From contig JAUNYA010000001.1 of the NCBI GenBank assembly GCA_030539565.1, positions 1-34,615 of the forward strand: a stretch of DNA of 34,615 nt, in the 5' to 3' direction. The position numbers and the translations under genes were made by a program. The first letter of the stretch is position 1, and every line of letters begins with the position of its first letter. Positions 29,254 to 34,615 of the stretch are shown piece by piece. Origin of the DNA: Thermoplasmata archaeon. GTDB taxonomy: Archaea > Thermoplasmatota > Thermoplasmata > Methanomassiliicoccales > Methanomethylophilaceae. Under the pieces are notes generated by a model. It worked only from the letters and a program-made list of their open reading frames with translations, was not told the DNA's origin and did not search any database.

Positions 29254-29769
29254 ATGAGGGCTCTAGTGGTCGTGGACTATCAGAACGACTTCGTCGACGG
29301 CTCCCTCGGGAGCCCGGACGCCGTGTCCATAGAGGATGCGGTATGCTCGAGGATGGAGGAGCACCTGGCATCCGGCGACCGCGTCATCGTGACGATGGAC
29401 ACCCACGGCGAGGATTACCTCTCGACGTACGAGGGGACAGTCCTCCCGGTGGAGCACTGCATCAGGGGGACCCCGGGATGGGCCCTCCACGGCCGCGTGG
29501 CCGAGCTCGCGGAGCGGGAGGGGTGCAGGATCCTGGAGAAGCACACCTTCGGATGCGCGGCGCTTCTGGATGAATTGAAGGGATGCGACGAGATCGAGCT
29601 CTGCGGGGTCGCCACCAACATCTGCGTGCTGGCGAACGCCGTCATCGCCCGCACCGCGTGTCCGGATGCGAGGATAGTCGTCCGCCGCGACTGCGTGGCG
29701 AGCTACGACAGGGAGCTGGGGGAGAAGGCGCTGGCCGTGCTCCCGTCGCTCCAGATAGAAGTCCTCTGA
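29254..29769 (+). CDS. Isochorismatase family cysteine hydrolase (nicotinamidase-like)
   Basis: VVDYQNDFVDG, DTH, HC..GTPG, EKHTFG, GVATNICV. Confidence 0.88.
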   Translation: MRALVVVDYQNDFVDGSLGSPDAVSIEDAVCSRMEEHLASGDRVIVTMDTHGEDYLSTYEGTVLPVEHCIRGTPGWALHGRVAELAEREGCRILEKHTFGCAALLDELKGCDEIELCGVATNICVLANAVIARTACPDARIVVRRDCVASYDRELGEKALAVLPSLQIEVL

Positions 29770-29772
29770 GGG

Positions 29773-30306
29773 TCAGTCGGGCAGGTTGTCCCGGATCCTC
29801 TCCGCCTTGCGCACGGCCTCGATGTACCTGGTGTGCTCGGCGTCCGCGCCCTTCTTGAGGTCGGTGAACTGCTCATGGCACGTCTGCGCCTCGGCGCGGA
29901 GCTTGTCGGCCTCGTCGTAGAGCTGGTGCATCTTCTCGTGGGCCAGGTTGCCCTCCTCCGATGCCTTGGCGGCCCTCTGGTGCCACGTGTTGGCCTGGGA
30001 TCTCGCCTCGCCGATGTCGCCGAGCCCTCCGGACGCCTTCATCCTGGCGGCGCGGTCGTTCCACTCGTCGCGCTTGGCGCGGCACTCCTTGGCGGTGAGG
30101 TTCGCCTCGTCCCTGCGCTGCTTCCAGACCGCCGCCTCGGACGCGAGGCTCCTGGCCTTCTTCTGGAGGCGGTCGCGCTTGTCCGCGAGGACGGACGCGC
30201 TCTCGTTGAACTGGTCCCTCGTCTCCTTGTGCTTCGCTATCTCCTTGTTGAGGTCGGCGAGGATCTCGTCCAGGCTGCGGCTCTCGGGCTGCTCGTCTGC
30301 GTTCAT
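29773..30306 (-). CDS. Archaeal coiled-coil protein
   Basis: MNADEQPESRSLDEIL..., repeated RD..N and A..H heptads; overlaps the upstream stop. Confidence 0.8.
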   Translation of the reverse strand: MNADEQPESRSLDEILADLNKEIAKHKETRDQFNESASVLADKRDRLQKKARSLASEAAVWKQRRDEANLTAKECRAKRDEWNDRAARMKASGGLGDIGEARSQANTWHQRAAKASEEGNLAHEKMHQLYDEADKLRAEAQTCHEQFTDLKKGADAEHTRYIEAVRKAERIRDNLPD

Positions 30307-30869
30307 TTCCTGAGCCTGAGGAGTTCGAACTCGGTCATGTTCCCCTCCATGTCCTCGATGTTCTCGTGGATCATGAGGAGTTTGAACATTTCGCCGGCGT
30401 TCCTGCGGCAGATGACCGCGGTGTCCTCGGAGAGCCTGCCGTCCGCCAGCATCTCTGCGGCGACGGCGGTGTCGGAGACCTCCACCCTGTCGGCGTCCGG
30501 GAAGAGGGCGTCCAGGTGGTCCTTCGTCTGGAGGAGCGCCTGTATGTGCGACGCGACGTGCTTCACGGTGATCGCCGGGCGCCTGACGAAGACGCAGTGG
30601 TGGATCGGGAGCCACAGCGCGCGGAGGATCTCGATGTCGTCCCTGCCGCTGAGCGACTCCTCCGTCTCCAGGACGGGGCCGGCGGTGACGTTGCGCGATG
30701 CGACCACGCCGTAGTCCGCCTCCCCGGAATCCAGGGCGGCGACGGTGTTGCGGGAGTCCTCCTTGGGAATAAGAGCGAACACGTCCCAGCCCATGGCGCC
30801 GGCCAGCTCGATAGCGGCCTGCTCCGAGTTCGAGCTCGGGATGCCCATGTACGCCACTCTTGTGACCAT
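30303..30869 (-). CDS. pheA: Prephenate dehydratase catalytic domain only
   Basis: VAYMG..SSNSE.A, ASHIQALLQ, SDTAVAA, NIED..GNMTEF; no ACT domain. Confidence 0.75.
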   Translation of the reverse strand: MVTRVAYMGIPSSNSEQAAIELAGAMGWDVFALIPKEDSRNTVAALDSGEADYGVVASRNVTAGPVLETEESLSGRDDIEILRALWLPIHHCVFVRRPAITVKHVASHIQALLQTKDHLDALFPDADRVEVSDTAVAAEMLADGRLSEDTAVICRRNAGEMFKLLMIHENIEDMEGNMTEFELLRLRK

Positions 30870-30947
30870 GCCTGTCCCGATTCTGATACCCGTATAAAGC
30901 GGTTGATGCGACGCAAGTGATATGGATGCGTTCGGGGATGCGAGTGC

Positions 30948-31181
30948 ATGGACGAGAGCTACGGCAAGTGCAGGACGTGCAGGCTGTGCATGCACTCAGG
31001 GGACATGTGGGTGTGCGTCCCCGAATCCAGGCCGACCGGTCCCGACGCCGGGTGCGGAAGGTACCGCCCCGGATGCTGCGGTAGCTGCGCGTCGTGGGAG
31101 AAGGGGTTCTGCTCCGTCCACGGGTCCGAGATGGATTCCATCGACGTCTGCTCGGACTACGACCCGGCGGGGTCATTCCGA
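30948..31181 (+). CDS. Small Cys-rich protein (77 aa if ended at CGA)
   Basis: Two CxxC...C...C..Y units, 10 Cys; the standard-code frame continues antisense to the DUF5685 gene until TAG 32165. Confidence 0.6.
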
Positions 31182-32078
31182 GAGCCGCTTCTTCCTGTTG
31201 GACATCACATTCTTCACGCTGGCCTTGGCGCTGGCGTCGCCCGTCAGGACCCTCTTGGCCGACTCCGGGATGCCGAAGTACACCACGTTGTCGCAGAGGG
31301 ACACGTTGCCCCTCATGGACGGCCTGACCTTCGAGTAGGAGCCCTGCAGCGAGCCGACGGCGTCGCTGACCATGCCCGAGAGCCTGTAGATGTCGGAGTC
31401 CACGAACTTCCTGGCGTTGACGAACCCGGTCTCGGGGAGGAGGGGATTGTACGTGCCGTCCATGAAGTCGTCGTCCAGGTCGTCTATGGCGTCCATGATG
31501 TAGACGCACGCGGTGAGCTGGACGAAGACGTCGCCCAGATCGTCGGAGTAGACGTCGCCGGCGATGCCCTCCAGGGGCCCGGCCAGGCCCCTCCCGAACT
31601 CGCGGCCCATGTGCAGCGCGTCCCTGCAGCCGGCGAGCTCCATGTCCCTCAGGCGGGAGAACGCCTCGCCGACCATCTCGTCGTAGTCCGGATGCTCGGA
31701 TACGGCCTTCTCGATCGCCCTGTTGAGAACGAGCGATATCGCCTTGGTCTTCACCGACGGGAGGTCGGTCTCGTCGTCGTAGAGCTCCCATTTCGTGAGC
31801 ACGAGCGTGTAGGCGGCCATCCTGCGCATGAGCTCGGAGTCCGCCTTCGGCTTGTCGAGCACGCAGAGCTTCCTCGTGGTGCCGTCGAAGTCGGGGCACT
31901 CGGCCTTCAGGCCGTTGAGGAGGATCGTGTTGAACGTCATGTCGTAGTTGACCGTCGCCGTCCCCGTGAGGCCGTATCCGGCCTTCAGCTGGTGGCATCC
32001 CTCGCAGTAGTACCTCCGATACAGCCTGTTGTCCGTCGGGGAGAGCCTGCCGTAGGACGGCGTCGTGTAGCCGAACAT
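31173..32078 (-). CDS. DUF5685-like protein with two Asp-rich DDxxD motifs
   Basis: MFGY start, YYCEGCHQLK..YG, NYDMTF, YDDETD, DAIDDLDDD..GTYNP; purine-rich SD upstream. Confidence 0.8.
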   Translation of the reverse strand: MFGYTTPSYGRLSPTDNRLYRRYYCEGCHQLKAGYGLTGTATVNYDMTFNTILLNGLKAECPDFDGTTRKLCVLDKPKADSELMRRMAAYTLVLTKWELYDDETDLPSVKTKAISLVLNRAIEKAVSEHPDYDEMVGEAFSRLRDMELAGCRDALHMGREFGRGLAGPLEGIAGDVYSDDLGDVFVQLTACVYIMDAIDDLDDDFMDGTYNPLLPETGFVNARKFVDSDIYRLSGMVSDAVGSLQGSYSKVRPSMRGNVSLCDNVVYFGIPESAKRVLTGDASAKASVKNVMSNRKKRLSE

Positions 32079-32185
32079 CGCTCCTTCCTCTCCGGGGGCA
32101 TCCTCCTGGCGATGACCACGGACGCGCCGATGGCTATGACGAAGATCAGCGCGATGAGGATGTAGCCCAGGGTCACGTTGTCCAT
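32078..32185 (-). CDS. Small single-TM protein (35 aa if ended at CGA; 66 aa to 31985 in the standard code)
   Basis: MDNVTLGYILIALIFVIAIGASVVIARRMPPERKE; the next codon CGA shares its A with the DUF5685 ATG. Confidence 0.6.
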
Positions 32186-32319
32186 GCGACCGCAACGCCA
32201 GCGGGGTTAATAACAGGATTGCACGGGTCCTGTATATTTCTGGGGCGACGGACAATTATTAATATCCGCAAAGGTTCCGAAGCCCATCGGGCCAGCACTG
32301 GCGGGTGGATTGAAGCAAC

Positions 32320-32628
32320 ATGGCATACGACGCGAAATCCGTAGACGATCTGACAGCACTTTACGAGAGCCAGTCTCCGGCGGCTTTCATCGCCTTCGCG
32401 ATGGAGGGCCTCCCTCAGGACTACATCCACGACGAGCGCTTCGACAAGCCTGCGGACGAGGACCACGGCGGGGACTCCAAGTGCGACTACTGCTGCTGCT
32501 CCGACCGCGGATACTGCAACTCCATGGGATGGCACGCCTGCGTCGTGGGGACCGTCGTTGTCTGCTGCGCCTGCTGCTGCTACGTCACCAACGGATTCAA
32601 CGGCGTCTGGACCTACTGGCCCTTCTGA
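32320..32628 (+). CDS. Cys-rich peptide, candidate RiPP precursor / radical SAM substrate
   Basis: Acidic Cys-free residues 1-54, GG at 50-51, then 11 Cys in residues 55-87; ends 18 nt before the rSAM gene. Confidence 0.75.
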   Translation: MAYDAKSVDDLTALYESQSPAAFIAFAMEGLPQDYIHDERFDKPADEDHGGDSKCDYCCCSDRGYCNSMGWHACVVGTVVVCCACCCYVTNGFNGVWTYWPF

Positions 32629-32646
32629 GCCGCGACCCCCGCGGCA

Positions 32647-33804
32647 ATGAAGCCGTACATATCGGTCGTGGTCAAGCCGACCCTTTTCTGCAACGAATCC
32701 TGCAGCCATTGCTATCACACCCCCGAGGAGCGCGTCCCGGGGGAGATGGACATCGCCACCCTGGACCGCCTGATGAGGATGGTCTCCGAGGAGTACGAGT
32801 CCGCGTGGTTCATCTGGCACGGCGGGGAGCCGATGACCCTGCCGATGTCATTCTACAAGAACGCCATCGCCCTGGAGGAGAAGCACTTCGGGAAGAACTC
32901 CTTCCGCGTCGGGAACACCATCCAGACCAACGGCACCCTGCTGAACAGGCGCTTCATGGCCTACTGCAGGGAGAAGGCGATCAACGTGGGCGTCTCCTGC
33001 GAGGGCCCCTGCAACTCCGTCCTGAGGGAGCTGGATCCCTCCAAGGCGATCTCGATGCTCTCGGACAAGGACAACAAGTACTCCGTCAGCTCGACGATAT
33101 CGTCGCAGACCGCGCTGAGGCAGAGGGAGATCTACGAGTTCTACAGGGACCGCGGCACCAACCTGTCGCTGTCACCGGTGATCCCGGCGGGATGCGCCAA
33201 GGGCTCCGGGCTCGTTCCCGATCCGGACGAGTACATCCGCGGCAGCATAGAGGCGTTCGACGCCTGGCTCCACGACTCCGAGTCGAAGATCCCGCTGGTC
33301 CCGCATTACCTATATGTTCTCAACTACCTGGGCGACCCGACGCCGTCCGACTGCTCGCACGCGTCGTGCCTCACGAAGTGGATCTGCGTCAACCCCGACG
33401 GGACGATCTACCCGTGCGCCAAGGCGTGCCCGCCGGAGTTCGCCATGGGCAACGTCAACGAGATCGAACATCTCGCAGACGCGTTCCGCTCGGAGGGCTT
33501 CAGGAGGATCCTGGAGGGTTCCATCGCGCGCAGGGAGAAGTGCATGTCCTGCCCCGTGTACAGGAACTGCAACGGGGGCTGCTCGATGGACGCCTACCAC
33601 GACGGCGGCATCGAGAACAACAACGGCGACTCGTGCAGGATATTCCGCGAGGTGTTCGCCCACGTGTCCTCCGAGGTCCAGGCGATCCTGGACGGGGAGG
33701 AGGACGTGGCGTCGCTGAACCCGTTCGTCAGGGACGCCATCGTCGGCAAGCTGGTGAACCCCAGGACCGTCTCTCAGCGAGGCGTCCTTCCTATGTCGCT
33801 CTGA
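32647..33804 (+). CDS. Radical SAM/SPASM domain protein (anSME-like)
   Basis: [18 protein letters not shown]; [33 protein letters not shown]; first CGA at 33778-33780. Confidence 0.92.
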   Translation: MKPYISVVVKPTLFCNESCSHCYHTPEERVPGEMDIATLDRLMRMVSEEYESAWFIWHGGEPMTLPMSFYKNAIALEEKHFGKNSFRVGNTIQTNGTLLNRRFMAYCREKAINVGVSCEGPCNSVLRELDPSKAISMLSDKDNKYSVSSTISSQTALRQREIYEFYRDRGTNLSLSPVIPAGCAKGSGLVPDPDEYIRGSIEAFDAWLHDSESKIPLVPHYLYVLNYLGDPTPSDCSHASCLTKWICVNPDGTIYPCAKACPPEFAMGNVNEIEHLADAFRSEGFRRILEGSIARREKCMSCPVYRNCNGGCSMDAYHDGGIENNNGDSCRIFREVFAHVSSEVQAILDGEEDVASLNPFVRDAIVGKLVNPRTVSQRGVLPMSL

Positions 33805-34615
33805 TCGTACGGGGTCTCCTGGTAGACGCAGTAGTTCAGCCAGTTGGTGAAGAACATCGTGGAGTGGCACCTCCACTTCAGGATAGGGTCCTTGTGGGGG
33901 TCGTCGTCCTCGAAGTAGTGGTCCGGCACGTGCGGGTTCTTACCGGCGGAGAGGTCCCTCTCGTACTCGTACGCCAGCGTCCCGCGGTCGTACTCGAAGT
34001 GGCCGGTGATGAAAACCTCGTTCTTCTCGGAGACGACGATGCCGACGCCGGTCTCCGGCGAGCTGACGATTATGTGCAGGTGGGGGTTCGCGGTGATGTC
34101 CTCGGCCCTGACCTCGGTGTGCCTGGACTGGGGCATGAAGAACCTGTCGTCGAATCCCCTGAGGACCGGCTCGTTGTGGGCGAGGACGCGGTGCTCGAAG
34201 ATCCCGGAGACCTTGGACTCCAGGGGGTACTTGGGGATGCCGAAGTGGTGGTAGAGCCCGGCCTGGCAGCCCCAGCAGATGTACAGCGTCGAGCACGCGT
34301 TCACGCGGGTCCAGTCCATGATCTCGCAGAGCTCGTCCCAGTAGTCGACCTCCTCGAAGGGTATGTTCTCCACCGGGGCGCCGGTGATGATCACGCCGTC
34401 GAACTTCTTGTCGCGGACCTTCTCGAACGTGGTGTAGAACCTGTCCAGGTACTCGTCGGAGGTGTTCTTGGAGGTGTGCGTCTCCATGCGCAGGAACACG
34501 ACGTTGGTCTGGAGAGGGCTGTTGCTCAGGCACCTGAGGATCTGCGTCTCCGTCTCGACCTTCGTGGGCATCAGGTTGACGATGAGGATGTCCAGCGGAC
34601 GGATGTCCTGCGTGT
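33774..34615 (-). CDS. metA: Homoserine O-acyltransferase, MetA family (5' partial; Glu in GAPVE suggests acetyl-CoA)
   Basis: [43 protein letters not shown]; frame open to the window edge. Confidence 0.93.
   Translation of the reverse strand, partial: TQDIRPLDILIVNLMPTKVETETQILRCLSNSPLQTNVVFLRMETHTSKNTSDEYLDRFYTTFEKVRDKKFDGVIITGAPVENIPFEEVDYWDELCEIMDWTRVNACSTLYICWGCQAGLYHHFGIPKYPLESKVSGIFEHRVLAHNEPVLRGFDDRFFMPQSRHTEVRAEDITANPHLHIIVSSPETGVGIVVSEKNEVFITGHFEYDRGTLAYEYERDLSAGKNPHVPDHYFEDDDPHKDPILKWRCHSTMFFTNWLNYCVYQETPYDQSDIGRTPR

Noticed and set aside
19576-29769. SirTM and the nicotinamidase-like gene as one NAD module
   Set aside because: About 9 kb apart with unrelated genes between; hydrolase substrate unproven
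29773-31998. 741-aa minus-strand ORF
   Set aside because: Only the last 177 aa are protein-like; the rest overlaps pheA and DUF5685 off-frame
32647-33804. Anaerobic sulfatase maturase call
   Set aside because: Family resemblance only; no sulfatase in the window and a Cys-rich peptide is adjacent
366-34533. Many long antisense or off-frame ORFs in the track (e.g. 7116-8837, 7259-9016, 14441-16129, 27040-28608)
   Set aside because: Shadows of real genes caused by high GC3; Arg/Pro/Gly-rich with no motifs
1-34615. CRISPR array or rRNA
   Set aside because: No regularly spaced repeats or rRNA-like sequence; nearly all of the window is accounted for by CDS and two tRNAs

Overview
High-GC archaeal chromosomal window, most consistent with a Methanomassiliicoccales-type methanogen. 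Evidence: archaeal GluRS, Pcc1, long-type FKBP, geranylgeranyl reductase, TATA-like boxes about 30 nt before ATG, and the pyrrolysine synthesis gene pylB. Contents in order: 3' end of an aconitase/dehydrogenase (leuCDB- or aksDEF-like) operon and pcc1; a lone pylB between two paralogous ABC-ATPase + TOPRIM-like cassettes; gltX; divergent argGH / argCJBD with an ACT-domain gene; a degenerate AAA ATPase; class I aldolase; Zn-macrodomain + SirTM; tRNA-Arg(CCT); a DUF6293-like regulator; FKBP; tRNA-Thr(TGT); two surface enzymes; cls + GGR; a Zn-finger protein; an isochorismatase-family enzyme; a prephenate dehydratase domain; a DUF5685 / Cys-rich peptide / radical SAM-SPASM locus; and partial metA. 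Three signals stand out. (1) I found no internal CGA codon among several hundred Arg codons read by hand, yet CGA sits at or near the expected C-terminus of seven ORFs that otherwise run on. This suggests CGA acts as a stop, alongside UAG read as pyrrolysine. (2) An in-frame amber codon lies in a TOPRIM-like gene near pylB. (3) A candidate archaeal RiPP locus combines an 11-Cys precursor, a SPASM maturase and a DDxxD protein. Family assignments come from motif recognition, not database searches.
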